A DNA stretch of 48,403 nt, the filler included, from Sphacelaria rigidula (taxonomy: Eukaryota), in the NCBI GenBank assembly GCA_964200075.2. It is 2 parts of 2 records of this genome, joined end to end, with 100 filler letters (N's around TTAATTAATTAA, not from the genome) between each part and the next. Parts side by side here need not be neighbours in the genome. Positions count along the whole stretch, not along the records: positions 24,258 to 48,403 come from CAXNAA020000220.1; 1 more part is not named here. The stretch is one strand, 5' to 3'. Below are positions 24,746 to 37,757 of this stretch, piece by piece (the stretch's first letter is position 1; each line of letters opens with the position of its first letter). Under the pieces are notes generated by a model. The model worked only from the letters and a program-made list of their open reading frames with translations, did not search any database and was not told the origin of the DNA. A program made the position numbers and the translations under genes.

Positions 24746-25111
24746 ACCTACTTGACCTATCCGTTCGTTGTTCAGTACATCAACACAGAGACACAAGAAT
24801 CAGCTGATGAGCCTTTATTCGAGATCGCCATGGTGAGCCTTTCGCCCCCCTTGCCCCCTCTCTGCCCCCCCTCCGTCTATCCGCTATGGCTTTACATGAC
24901 GCGCATTATCGAATGGATACTAAGCTGCCATTGCCTGGCCGGCGAGACATCAACGCTGGTTCCGTGAATAACTTGTCATCGGTAACATGTATCCCTGGTG
25001 AAATCATGTTCTCTTGTTGCTCGCCGAACGGTTCGAAACTCAGCCGTGCGCGCAGTCGCCTGCACTAGAATTAGTTGGCGACCAACCGACAGCTGATGGC
25101 AACGGTAACAG

Positions 25112-25436
25112 CCTCCTCGGTTTCCCGGCGTTGTCTCGAAGCGCGTATCCAAGGACGATCTGGAGGCGGCAGCACACCTCTGTCGATCGGCAATATCCGC
25201 GGCTCCCCAAAATGCCCGAGCTCATTTCCTTCTGGGGACAGCACAACAAAGAGCTGGGAGAATTCAGGAAGCGGCGGCACATGCGCTGGAGGCTGCTCAT
25301 CTTCGGCCTGACTTGCCTGCGCTCCAGGATGCGGCGGGGTCGCTGTTGAGTCGCAGTAAGGATTTCGCCAAGGCCCTGACGCTGTACGAGGCTGCCGCCA
25401 AGATGGACCCTTCGAACGCACGATATCATCTCGGAG
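25112..25436 (+). CDS. Gene 2 (TPR + SAM methyltransferase), first TPR exon; 5' boundary uncertain
   Basis: Frame not in the ORF track: DDLEAAAHLCRSAISAAPQNARAHFLLGTAQQRAGRIQEAAAHALEAAHLRPD...DFAKALTLYEAAAKMDPSNARYHLG; donor GAG|GTGGGT, phase 1. Confidence 0.85.
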
Positions 25437-26570
25437 GTGGGTAGGTCGATGCTGTTGTGTTTGTGCGCGGACACGTGTCTCGCTGCTTGTTAACGCTGAC
25501 AAAACGCGTTTGCTTCCTGGAAAACAAAATTGCCTCATGTTTCATTCCTGCGTTGATTCACAGAATCATCCTTATTTTCGCTGAGAAATCAAGGCTGATT
25601 CTTGTCATTTAAGCCGCTTCTAATTGGTCAGTTTCCAGAATCTTTTTTTAGAACGCAAGCTGTCAGAGCCATTTTTCATGCAAAATCGTATCTGGCAACT
25701 GTGAGCCGTTTCCAGATAGCGAGATTTTCTCGCTCAGGAAAGCCATCAGTCCTCAGTGAAATCAAACTGTCTAGAAAGTGACGTTCCATCACACACTCCT
25801 CGCACACCGCACCCGCGATGGTACGGTCAGTGCTCCATCGCATACTCCTCACACATAAGTGTAGTACAGTCAGTGCAAAACTAGTTATGCATGTTATACG
25901 TACATTGCCGTAGCAGCAGCATGGCTACTGCCGCACTCCGTGCATCCTCTTCATGACCGTAGAACCAGGGACAGACAGTACAGCACAGTGCTTTTTCGCC
26001 GGCAGCGTTACTACTAAAAAATAGCACGGTGTCGCCCCTGCTAGCTGTATTAACTGCTCGTATTGTTTAACGCTCGTCGTGCCTGCCAGCGATTGTAAAC
26101 TCTGTAGTATTATATGTACTGGAGATGGTTGCTACTGCACTACTGACTGTCACGTGAGTTCGTTGTATGCGGTATGGCACAAACCGTACTGCTGCACACT
26201 GCACCGCTTGCGACACCACTACTGTACCAAGCGGCGGTCGGCTGAAGTAAGGGCTGATACGCCTGTCATTTCGATCCTTATTATTCCACTAGGTACTGTG
26301 TGCACGCGCGTGTGTGTGTTTCCATCCCATATGTTCTATACCTGGACGGAATTACGTGATAGTCTACCGCCTGTGGCACAAGCACAAGCGCAAAATGCAA
26401 ATGATGACCACTACCACCGTCTGCACGCAGGCTAGATGATGACCACGGATTTTTTCCATAGACTGTAAGGTGGGATTTGAAAACTTACTTCTCTGAAAAA
26501 AGTAACCGAGAAACGTCGTCCGCCCGAACTTTTTGTAGCAATTTTTTCAGTCAAAAAAGAGCAGCCTTGA

Positions 26571-27606
26571 CCCTTTTGGGACCGGATCCCAACTAACACA
26601 GGGTTAACCCCGTGTTAGTGGAATGAAAAAAAAAAAAACTTCGAGTGACCTGCCCAGTCACGGCGAGGCGAAATTTATCGACCAGACCCGAACGACCAGC
26701 GCGGGGATTGTTGGCAAGTGTGATGCCACTGCAAAGACCGTGTGGGGGCCCTATCCCTGGCCCAGATAAGCCTCCCCAGGTTTCCAAGTGCAGAGTGGTC
26801 GCAGCTTAGTTTCATGGTATTACTTGCACTCAGTACAGCGTTGCCGAGTTTTTCCGGAGTGTTTCTTGGTTCCCAATTCCATACCAACACGTGGTAATCT
26901 ACACTAACACAGGGTGGGCCGGACAAGCCGGGAAGGAGTGTACATGCTACCATGTGGTCATTTTCACGAGGCACTAAACCCAGGTTGGCCGGGGAAAGAC
27001 AAATGCAGCTACCGCCATAAATTTTGCTGATCCCTCTCCCGATGACTTGCAGTGTACAGTCAACATATATGTAGTGGGCGGGGATGAAGAAGCGGTGTAG
27101 AGGCAGTTGATCTCGGTGGCTGAAAATTGCCCGAAACGTGCAAGGGAGTATGCAGCGGCAGCTGCTGCTGCAGTCGGGGGGGCGTACTGCACTGTTGTAC
27201 TGTACTATACTGTATGCATACGTGCCGCAACGCCGATGCCCTTCGAAGATAATTCGCCGCATGCAACAAAGAGGGAAATCGCGGCCCACCCCGACCACAA
27301 AGGGCTTTGTGGCAAGTTGATGGGTACAAAAGTATCATCCAAAGCCACAAGTGGCGGGCGGCCCGCCGGTCGCCGCATCCTGTTGGAAGCTCTCTACGGC
27401 GACCCATACTGCTTGCGACACCAGATGTACATTACCTAATGCACACCCTGTACCTGAAAACAGATCGGATGAAACTTTCGTTCTTGTCACGACCCTGCGG
27501 TTACATTTGCGGAGTTCCAGCAACACGCCACTGTTTCGTGCAGACGCCAGACATGTCATTCCTAACCAGCCTCATTGGTCGTTCTGGAGGCCCGGTCCCA
27601 AAAGGG
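26571..27606. mobile_element. piggyBac-type MITE, copy 1
   Basis: 15-bp TIR CCCTTTTGGGACCGG / CCGGTCCCAAAAGGG with TTGA on both flanks; colinear with 36119-37159. Confidence 0.85.
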
Positions 27607-28299
27607 TTGAAGGAAAAACAATTCCCAGCACGAAGGTTCTCCTTGGAAATTCATCGCGATCAAAATCAGAAAATCATCCACTCGCCTAGTAGCACTGCAC
27701 AATACGATGAGGTAATACATCACGACACGGCTCCAATCTGTGGAGGAAACATGGCGAAGTTGAATTCCAAGATTTCAAAGTAGAAGTGAGATGTGCTCAT
27801 GGTAACTTTGAGCGGTAAACAAACACTGATGTGAACCGCGGTAATTTTGCGTGCGATACGATGACCGTACCATGAAGACTTGCAGCAGAGAATCAATGCA
27901 ACCAGACATTCAGCAACGGTCATGGGGGCAATGAGATGGCTTGCTCAAAGGTGCCAATGCCGCACATGATGAACGCGCAGTGGTCAATTTTACACCATCA
28001 ATTTCTGAATGTAACCCAATTTACAATGACGAAGCGCCGCGTCTCTATCCTGCCGACAGTACCAAGAGCAGTGGAGATAGCAATGAAGACTGGAAGAAAA
28101 CGTATTTCCCACGTACGAGCGTGACGATATATATAACACGACAACGATGGAAACGCACGCAAAGGGCTGTAACTTGGCCTACATTCTGGTTTGTAGACTG
28201 TATCGCCGGGCGATCCACGCTACAAAGTAGTTTTTGAGCTGTGCCGGCTGTTGGAGGGTCTACCTAGAGTTGGGAACCCGCCGCGGAAAGTGGGTCAAT

Positions 28300-31200
28300 C
28301 GCAATTAGACTCTAGTTAGTAAACACCACGTTTGGCGGAGTGAATGGCTGCTGCCAGCGCGAACTGGAACGGTTGTACCTTCTCCTTGATACCACAGTGC
28401 GACGCATGCACGTAGATAGACAGGCAGACCAACGAGTTGTGTGGAAAAACGAGATATTTCGCTCTGAGCATCGGTCAAAGATCATGACTAAAGAGACGAA
28501 TGTAATCAAGTGTCACGTCCCGCACCGAAGAGCCCGCAGTAGCAACCTACAACGTTTGCACACTTCTTTCCGGGAGAGAATGATACTGACCATGGTGGGT
28601 TTGTGTGTGCAAAATGCATGGTGGCTCGTAGTAGCGTCATGGAGGTCTAAACGAGCGGTCAAGGGGTCGATTGTCGGTGAGACTATGTGGGGCACAGGCG
28701 TTACAGAAAGTGCCCTGGGTCGATGACTCTCACGCTGATATGAGTCGAATGATGTGACGTTTGTAGTGGCATGTGGCCTAGGAGGCTCGTTGAGGATAAG
28801 AAAAGAGGGGAGCGTCTTCTGGACTGAGTTGAGCAGCACTTGGAGTCGAGTTCCCAACATCGACCACCTGCTCGCCTTGCCATGCACGGAAGCTAGAACT
28901 CGGGTACGAAGTGGGGAGGAGGAATGTGGAATAGAAGTATACAGAACGGACGTCCAAGTAATGGACAATTGGGATCCCACTGGTGTGATTGGCGGCTGAC
29001 AATAGACATGCCCTGGCTATACTTTTTTGTCTTCGCTCGAAAACCGCTCATCGCGTTCGATCGACGACCGTGCGAGCCGTCCCGTGGATGAAACATGGCT
29101 GGACTGCATCATCACGCGACAAACCCACCGACGACTTGTCAACGCCATTCTCAGCATGTAACCCCTCAACTCGCCGGATTCAGACCATACTGTGTGCGCC
29201 GTAGTGTGACTCCTTGGGAGATTCGCACGCGACAGACAACGTCGGGCGTCGACAAACGTTAGCAACTCGTCCAGCTTATTATCAGCGAGCTCACGCTGCC
29301 TATATCGAGATATGCCGTCCGTGAACTGCCGACTAACTTGACGGCAGACTTCTGAGGTCCGGAAAGGAGGAAACGTCGCGCCCGACCCTGCAGTCCCGTG
29401 TGTAAAGATGGTTCGACGAAACTGGGATTTGAGTCAAGATGAACGAAGTCTGGAATGAGAGGGGAAAGGCTAAGACGGTGGTACGTGTAGGAGTAAGAGT
29501 TGATACCGCCTGGGTCACCTTGTGGAAAACATACAGGGGACTCGGGGCAATCCAAGCTGGGTTACAGTAGAAGTATACTTGACGGGTATGCGCTATGGCG
29601 GGAGGGAATTGAAACTGGGGAGATAAGAGATTGGTGCAGGCATGTAAAATGAATCGGTTCAGCGAGTGGTACATGGGGGACGAGACAGGAACGCTGTTGC
29701 TGCAGATTGATCAGCTCCATAAGAGATGAAAGCGGCACTTACTTGCTGAAAACAATATGCGCTACGAATGGACGGTCATCGAGAGCAACACACTCGTACC
29801 GAAAGGTAGGTCGCTTGGGGACGTGCCAATCTTTGACGATTCGGAAGAGGCGCAGAGAAATGTGGTTACCGGCAAAACGATGGGGCCGGGGGGGTTACCC
29901 ACTGCTGAGTGCTTCAAGCATGAATCAGTCAGAAGACCCTCGGGGATCCTGCGTCACTTGAATGAAATCGGCGAATATCTGTGAAAGATTAGGGCTAGGG
30001 GTGAGTTTGTGGAAACTGTTGCGCAGCATCGTCATCACGACGCAGGCGTCTGGCGTGGTTGAACAAGAGTAGAACGGCGCCACTATCAAAAGTACTACGC
30101 ACAAGGGATAGGCACTGGTCTGGTGATTTCCAAGGCATCTCTCTTGTGGCTCATGTTGCTCAAGCGCGGTTGAAAATGCGAGCCCACAAGCTTAGCTTGG
30201 CGGCTTCTGCATGGAGGCGGGGATTATTCCGCAAGAGCCGCGTGGATCCCGGTGCCGACAATCAACCGATATGACGATTTTCGTGTGCCGCGTACAAGAG
30301 TTGGGGCGTCCAAGCACACTATCCCATTTAGACACGTACTTTCTCGACCGGGATATGGCGTACGACACCGTCCACAGCAGCCTCCCCTCCGGGACGCAAT
30401 GCTGCGAAGCCTGCCGCGGGTGATTGAGTCCCTTCAACTTACGCAATTGCGCTCGAGCTTGAGTAACCAATCGCAAGATTCAACCTCCGCCAGGGTGACT
30501 GTCTACGATGATGACTGCGATATTCGTGTCTATTGTAGGCTACTAGGAGTCAAACTTTCGGTAGAAGATAAGACAGAGGGCATACACTTGTTGTCAATAC
30601 CTAGCCGCCCGAGTACTGCACTGGGCATCAAGGCTGCAAGTCAACGCTGAAAGCAGACGGCCAAGCTCCTTTACCTTGGTGGTTTATCAGGGCACGGAAA
30701 TCACGCGCCACATCACTGCTGCGTCGGTGCGCCTCTGAAAATATAGCCTCAACCTAAACGATCGACCCCATGCTCTGTTTCAGCTCAATAATCGACGAAG
30801 CAAGGGTGGCGGAAGCTGTGCTACGCGTGTATGCCACGTGGAATCGGCGCCCGGACGAGAGCCCACGCACTGCCACCCGCACTTTCTCACTTCGAGCAGT
30901 TGACTCCTGCATGAAGGTCCGCATCAAATACGAGACTCTTTGGATAGAGCTGTTGAAAAGACAGCTAAATACGAGCGTATCGAGAGAATCATCCGCAAGC
31001 GGGAAATCTGTTCGCAGGGGCCGTGGTCCGATAGGGCGACACGTCTCTCAAAGCGAATGATGTTTGGAAGGTGCGTTGTCCGCACAAGGACTTATAGTCT
31101 CTCCATTCTTGGGTTTATTTGACGAAGGCGGGAACAAGATATGTGTGTGTCATCTTTATCAAGATCAAGACTCGCGATATCGGATGAATGCCGCCGAGAA

Positions 31201-31800
31201 CGCGAAGAAGGAACACCTTGGGGCTGAGGATGCGACGGAGGAATTCAAGGAGGCACAGCAACGCGAAGACCTTCGCCACGAGCAAAAGACTGCGGCGCTG
31301 TAAGTTGCTCACAGGAGAGCCGCTACTGTTGGAACAACATAGACAGCAACAGCGCGCAAGAAATCGAAGGTGGAAATGCCTGAATGAGTGGCTCGTTTTT
31401 CCCTAGCCTAGGATGGGGGGGCGCGTGGGGGGATCGAAGGCAGTGGTTGATACTCTCATCGTTCCTGGCTGTTGCTGCCCCTTTTCTCTCCCACTTGTAA
31501 CGGTAACTCTTTTGTCTCCTTTCTAGGTGTTTCTCTCATGCCTCCTTTTTATACGCCTTCCTCGTATCTCCTGTTTTGTCCCGCTCGCCACAGTGGTGGT
31601 TGTGTCTCCTCTTTGCACATCTGCTCGAATGGTGGAGAGTTTATGCCTGATGGTGCATTTTACCTTGACTCACGCTGCTCCCACAGCCTTGCTTGTTGTT
31701 GGGTCTCCAATCTGAAGTCGTGTCGGGAGTCTGTCCAAGGTGTTCTCGAGACAGTCCTCGGTCGGGCATGTGTCAGCATATCGGTACTGTTCTAGGGTAA
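28300..31800 (+). mobile_element. Decayed RTE-clade LINE in the long intron of gene 2
   Basis: Endonuclease remnants TFVVAC, FWTELSSTWSRVPNIDHLL, EARTRVR; RT remnants KTMGPGGLP, GDFQGISLVAH, GIIPQEPRGSR, FLDRDMAYDTV, LSVEDKTE, LLYLGG, RLSKRMMFG. Ends approximate. Confidence 0.85.
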
Positions 31801-33106
31801 TATGTCTCTCAGCCGCTGTTTCCCCCTTTCTGGCCTGTTGGAAGTACTTCACGTTTCGGCCGAAAGCCACCATGTAAGCAGTATGGCCTTTGCAAGCACC
31901 TGCATCAGCTGCAGGAGTCCCCCAACGTACAGAGACCGCCCGGTAGATAAGCTGAGTTTTGCCTTCGCCGGTTCTGTAAGATGCGGCATGATCTCTAGGC
32001 AACTTCAAACTCAGGTGCCTCGCTGTCTCCGTAAGTTTGATCTAGATGGCGCGCGATCAAGTCGTACCAACCTCTCGAACACAGGGTGCACCCTTGCTCC
32101 TAGTCAAGTATCATGCCCTAAATATACACGTGGAACAAGTTTAGTTTCAGAGGTCTGGTTACGTTTGGCACCGTCATTGCTTGGACCAAACGTGCTCCCC
32201 TCATAACCAAGCGTGGTCGAGTGCGAAATTGAGGTGGTATCGAATTTCGCACTCATTTGCCACACCGTGTTCCTTTTCCCATGTTCTTGTCCTTTTCCTC
32301 GTCTTTCGGTTCTTTGTCGGTGGGTACGGATCTCATGACAATGACGTCCACATTGGTCACGGGTCGGCAATGGGACGATGTAAGATATTCTGAGATATCC
32401 CCACACATTCAAAACTGCACCAGACTTGTTTGAGGAAACGGTCCGTGGAACACGCCTTCCTCCGCACAGGCGGCATCATGAGTAAGGATACTGGTGATGG
32501 TACGGAATATTGCTCCAACACGGAAAACATCCTGCAGCAAACCGGCAGGTCTTGCGGTTCGCTCTGATGTGTATGTGTGGGAGTCGATACCTCCCCCTCT
32601 TATGCCGCCAACCTCTGGTACCCACTTCACGCCAACATGGCACTGTGTGGTGTTGATGACAAGGGATCTCTTGCTTGCTGGGGGTGACATTGCCCCTCCA
32701 CGCTGTCGTGGCTGACTGCTTATGTACAGAACCACCTCTTCACCAGGCACAAGTGTAACCAACGAAACTCGAGGTCTTCGCGGTTGGGTTCCAAGTAAAA
32801 TATCCTGAGAAACGAACTCGAAAAGAATGTCAAATTCTATAAGAAGCAGCAAGAAGAGACCCGTCCGAACTGGTTGTGAAATAGTTTGGTGCTGTACGTC
32901 CAGCCTTCTTTTCCAAGACTCAGGACGCTTGCAAGAGCACTTCGTGCAGCCAGCAAGGTGCATCCTCTCTGTCAACAGGGTCTTTAGACAGTGTTGATCC
33001 CACGGACCTTGTTGTAGACGTCATATTGCTCAGTAGAACCCCCCCTCCCCCTGCCCCCCCCGCTTCACCCGCTGGTTGTGGCACTTCGCTAACATGGCGC
33101 TCACAG

Positions 33107-33343
33107 TTGCATCTGCCCTACGGAAGCTAAGCAGGAACAGCGATGCCGAAGCCGCCTTCCGTCGCGCCGCATTTGCGGACCCAAGCAACCCCCACGTCCA
33201 ATATAAGCTAGGACAACACCTCCGTTCCATGGGGTGCTTGGAGTCGGCGGTGGAGGCGTACACTAGAGCCCTGGAGTTGGATTCGGATCATGCCCTCGCG
33301 GCGTTTTGGCTTCCAGCGACTCGAAAGCTCGCGGCAGAAGCGG
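33107..33343 (+). CDS. Gene 2, TPR exon
   Basis: Branch-like GCTAAC, acceptor TCACAG, phase 1/1; AEAAFRRAAFADPSNPHVQYKLGQHLRSMGCLESAVEAYTRALELD; donor G|GTATGA. Confidence 0.9.
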
Positions 33344-33943
33344 GTATGAGCCACAGAATCAAGTAACGTCCATGTAGCCTCGTTTGAGTGTTGGGGTTGT
33401 GCTTAGATGCGTAGGATCTCGAACTTTTTTTTATTGCAATTGAATTTGTTTGATTGAAGACTGAGATCAGCGTCGAGTTTTTCCGTCTCGCCTGGAGTGT
33501 AGTGGCCGTTTTGTTTCTATTCGAAAATTCTCTTCTTGCGTTTCGCTCTAACGATGTGCACTCCACATATGCTCCCCAGCTTCTGTCCAATGCTGTGATA
33601 GCTTCCGCGTCCACATAGTCGAACTAGTACATGAGTCGTTGTGTGGGCAGATTCGTCAAGTTGCAATCCCGGTGCTCAAGTCAGTTCGTGGTTCCCGTCG
33701 TCCGAACACGTGAGAGCAAAAGTTGACTAAACGATTCGATGAATCGCATTGCTGGTCCGATGGTCGATAGTAGAGTGCACGGCAGGTACAGATGGTGTGT
33801 AAAATGGCCCCGGTGAGACTGCGCAGTTGTCCCGCGGAAGGAGATGGATTGGAAGTACAAGAGGGGGGAAAACGATAGAGCAAAAATAAACATTCCTTGA
33901 TGATAAGTATCAAATCGCATTGTCCCATTCCCCAAACATACAG

Positions 33944-34148
33944 GTGTAATCATCAAAACCGACCGCTTGTCCGTGCAAACCAGCGCACGTGATGAGGTGT
34001 CACCCCCGTCCACAGCCCCGCCTGAGTACGTTGTGGCGCTATATAACTCCTACGCAGAGACTTTCGACGCTCATCTCCAGGGAGCCCTCGCATATCGAAC
34101 CCCGGGTATTGTGATGGAAACGCTTTCCACTCTTCTGCCTGAATCAAG
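33944..34148 (+). CDS. Gene 2, linker exon
   Basis: Acceptor CATACAG (phase 1), donor AG|GTGAAG (phase 2); APPEYVVALYNSYAETFDAHLQGALAYRTP is the typical pre-methyltransferase motif of COG4976-type proteins. Confidence 0.9.
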
Positions 34149-35972
34149 GTGAAGCCAACAAGAGACCTCGACGGTCGGGTTAACGCGGGCTTGGTGTCAA
34201 AATTGTCCACGGCTAGCTTACTACTTCGGAGCATAATATAGAGTGAACGCTGATATTCGAGAATAGAGCGGGCTGATAGTCTCAGGCGTTCGCCAGCTTG
34301 AGTAGCATGCTCTTTTCCCCGCTCAGGTGTCGAGAGCGCCGATCTTAACCCTGCCGACGCACATTTTGCCTGCAATAGGGCGCTCTATGCACACCCTTTG
34401 CCAGAGGGATCTCGACCCAGGCGGGGTTGGGGTTAGAGTTCGAGATTAGCGCCTTCCAAATCATGTCAGGCATGGACTAGTTCGACCACGAACTTGCGTG
34501 AACACACCTCAATGGTGAGTCGTGTCTTTTCACCTGCAACTTTAGTTTGTCTGCAAGCCGTCATCATATTTCCGCTGCGGGGTTTCTGTAGGGGGCTTGC
34601 TGAGGTACACGATTGTGCCAATGTGTGTACTGTACCGAAAAACGAAGCAGGAATCGCTACAGTGGGTGCGCACTATTTCGCGTCGGTCTATAATGTCAGT
34701 ATTACGCTTTTACTCAAACCGTATGCAGAACAGGCTACTCACGAGTCATGACACGCGTTCCGGCGTACAATCCAACGGTTCCCCCAATACAACATGAAAG
34801 CGAGTTTTACGTTTCCCCTGCTACGGTGTAACCTTGCTACTAGCACAACGTAAGACACCAAAGCGCCAGAGCACCATCGGAGCGCGCCTTCGCCGTCTTG
34901 GCTGCAGCAGCATTTCCATGTCTCCTTTATCGTAATGGTCCCACGGGAATCCGGCACGTCGTATGGTGTCGTTGTAAGCTTTCGTGTTCTGTTTCCAAAC
35001 GTACTCTGCACGCAACAGCTGCATTTGTATCGAGCGTTTCCTTCAACAGTACAGTAGCAGCACATGGCAACAACATATCTGTCTCTTTTCAATGAAAAAC
35101 ACCATGAGTACCACGGATATCTTATTATGGATATGTAATTGTAGCTGGTCCAGCCTGGAAACGCGTTTAAGCTCTCCAAGCATATCCTATCACTCGCCCA
35201 ATCGAAGGGAAGCTGCTCATCTACTCAAAAGTCTTGGGCATTGTTTTCGCTTTAATTAAAGAGGTCTGTGGAGTAATTCCTATACCGTGCGGAGATAAGG
35301 TCCATACTAAAATTTATTTGGAAACCCGGAACGATACATACAGCGGATGATGATTTTTGGTTTGGACGTTCGCTAGAGCACGGGGATATGATCGGTACCC
35401 TCACCTTCACCTAGTTCGTTGTCTATCTCGAGAGATGGCGCACATAATATTCAATACTAAACTTGATATATTACGCGCACAGGCACTAGATGCACTAAAT
35501 CTGTATTTCGCGTGTCAGCTTTCCATGTGCTTCGAAATTTGGTACGGAGAATCGTTCGGGCATGAAATAAAAAAGCAACGTCAGCTTCTTGTAGTTGTTT
35601 TTTTTCGTTTCCTAGTGGTATTTTGAGGGGAAATGGGCATTGTTCTTGGCCCTTATCTCAGTTTCTCACCTCTAACTCTAGATTTTGATTTGAAACTTCG
35701 CATGGGAAATTGCAGAGGCATGCTGAAAATAAAGTCAGGACTTCATTTGTTTTGAGCGAGCTAACGGCGTTTTCGTGAAAAAGTGTGTTACCTACACTCA
35801 AACTAAAACGTCCTTATCTCATGATGGAGAAAAAAGAACTGTCCCTTTGTTTTGGTTCATTATGCTCTAGCTAGGTCTCCACACAAAATTTCAAAAGTAA
35901 AGTTCCAAACCTGGACAGTAAAGTGGCCCGCAAAATACTTGTGCGAGTTTCGACCGGCCCGCTATCTAACTC

Positions 35973-37269
35973 GCCCCGGCCCACCTAAACTTTGAGAGTT
36001 GGACGTTCAATTTTGGTACGGAGAATAAAGAGGGCATAATAAAAACATATTTAGTAACGTTTTTTTTCATTAGTTTACGGCATTTTGCTAAAAACTGGAT
36101 ATTGATTTTCGCCTTTAACCCTTTTGGGACTGAAGCTCACTGACAAGGGGTTCACCATGTGTTGGTAAAATAATAATAAAGTCTGAGAGCGAACTGTCCA
36201 ATCAGGGCGAGGCGAAATTTGTCGACCACAACAGAACGACCAGTGGGGGGGGCTGTCGCCGGGAGTGGTGCCACTGCAAAGTTGGTGTACCCTATCCCTG
36301 GCCCACAAAAAAGCCTTCGAAGCAAAAGAAACCCCAAGTTGTCGGGGCTCGGATTTCTGATTTTTTTCATCATTTACTTGCACTTTATGTAGGCCCGACC
36401 TCCCATCCCCCGATTTTTTTCTGGGTCACCATCCTATAGTAAACCCTAGTTGATATCACTAACACGTAGTGCTCGGGGGAAATTCGGGAATAATGTGCTC
36501 TACTATATGTGTGGTCATGTTCACCACGCGACTGAATCTGACAACGCTGTGGGACGAGAGGCGGAACTAGAGGCATGAGTTCTGCGTATCCTTCTGTTGA
36601 AGCGGTACAAGCGGCGGTGAGATCGAACGTAATCGACGGTAACGACCTTTTTGTGTATAGGCGAACTGCCCAGAACATGTTAGGGGGCATGCAGCGGCAG
36701 CTGCTGCTGCTGCATTCGGAAAGGTGTGCTGCACTGTACTGTACCTGCTGCGCAACACCCATGCCGTTCGGAGAGAATTTGCCGCTTGCAACAAAGACGG
36801 AAATCGCGGCCGACCCTGACCACAAAGAGCTGTATGGCAAGGCGATAGGGACAATATCCAAGGCCACAAATGGCGGGCGGCGGTTGCCACATCCTGTCGA
36901 AAGCTCTCCACTGCGACTCATACTGCTTGATACATCTGTACATTACGTGATGCGCACAACACCCGAATTAAATGATAGTACAGACAGTTGTACCTGCACC
37001 TGAAAATAGATGGATGAAACTTTCGGTCTTCAACTAACCCTGCTGTTACATACATACGTTGATTTTTAGCAACATGTAGCCTCTGTTTCACGCAAATGGA
37101 GGACACGTACATTCCTCACCAGCCTCCTTGGTGGTTCTGGAGGCCCAGTCCCAAGAGGGTTTACTCATGAAAAAATAAACTGTTTGTCTGTAGTTTATAT
37201 TTTTTTGTCCAATTCACTCTCCATCCCGAATTTGGAAGCCCAACTCTCTAAATTGAGGTGAGGCAGGGC
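35973..37269. repeat. Degenerate palindromic element split near its centre by MITE copy 2
   Basis: GCCCCGGCCCACCTAAACTTTGAGAGTTGG...GTACGGAGA (from 35973) is inverted relative to TCTCCATCCC...CCAACTCTCTAAATTGAGGTGAGGCAGGGC (to 37269). Confidence 0.55.
36119..37159. mobile_element. piggyBac-type MITE, copy 2
   Basis: TTAA|CCCTTTTGGGACTG ... CAGTCCCAAGAGGG|TTTA; shares internal blocks with copy 1 (GGCGAGGCGAAATTT, ATGCAGCGGCAGCTGCTGCTGC, GGAAATCGCGGCC). Confidence 0.85.
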
Positions 37270-37757
37270 CCGCAAACTACAAATTCGCGTCAAGGCTGAA
37301 CCAGCCCGTACTCACTGACGGTATTTCGATTGCCGACCAAGCTGCACACCGCTGTACAAGATAATGATTGATGCTGGAAGGATGATTGTTGCCAAACGTA
37401 CTTGTGGAGAAGAATGGCTTCAAGTCCAGACGATAGTGCACATGTAGAGACAGGGGCGGCGCTCGCGATCTTGTCGTGAGTCCGCTCGTGCTCTCCTTCC
37501 CGAAGCCTCGTATCTTGCCAATTTTATTCCCAGGCTTTCCTACATCAAGAGTGACGCGTCTTCAAGTTATCTACTTATTCAAGGAGAACATGCTTCGTAT
37601 TAAGAACTTTCACCCTTGAAGCACCCAAAGCCATGTTACTGAGTTGTAGCCAATCACACTACCTGTATACAACGCATGTCCTCAACATCTTCACCCGCCC
37701 TCCCTGCAGCCTTATCCGACCTCACGCCCCGCCGGCCATTGCCGGCTTGTACACCAG

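Noticed and set aside
24640..24832. Upstream exons of gene 2 (MTMACCMAVLDE; YINTETQESADEPLFEIAM)
   Set aside because: The first lies within an interspersed repeat. The second has plausible splice sites but no homology support.
32409..32975. 188-aa minus-strand ORF nested in the gene 2 intron
   Set aside because: No recognisable domain or supporting splice structure.
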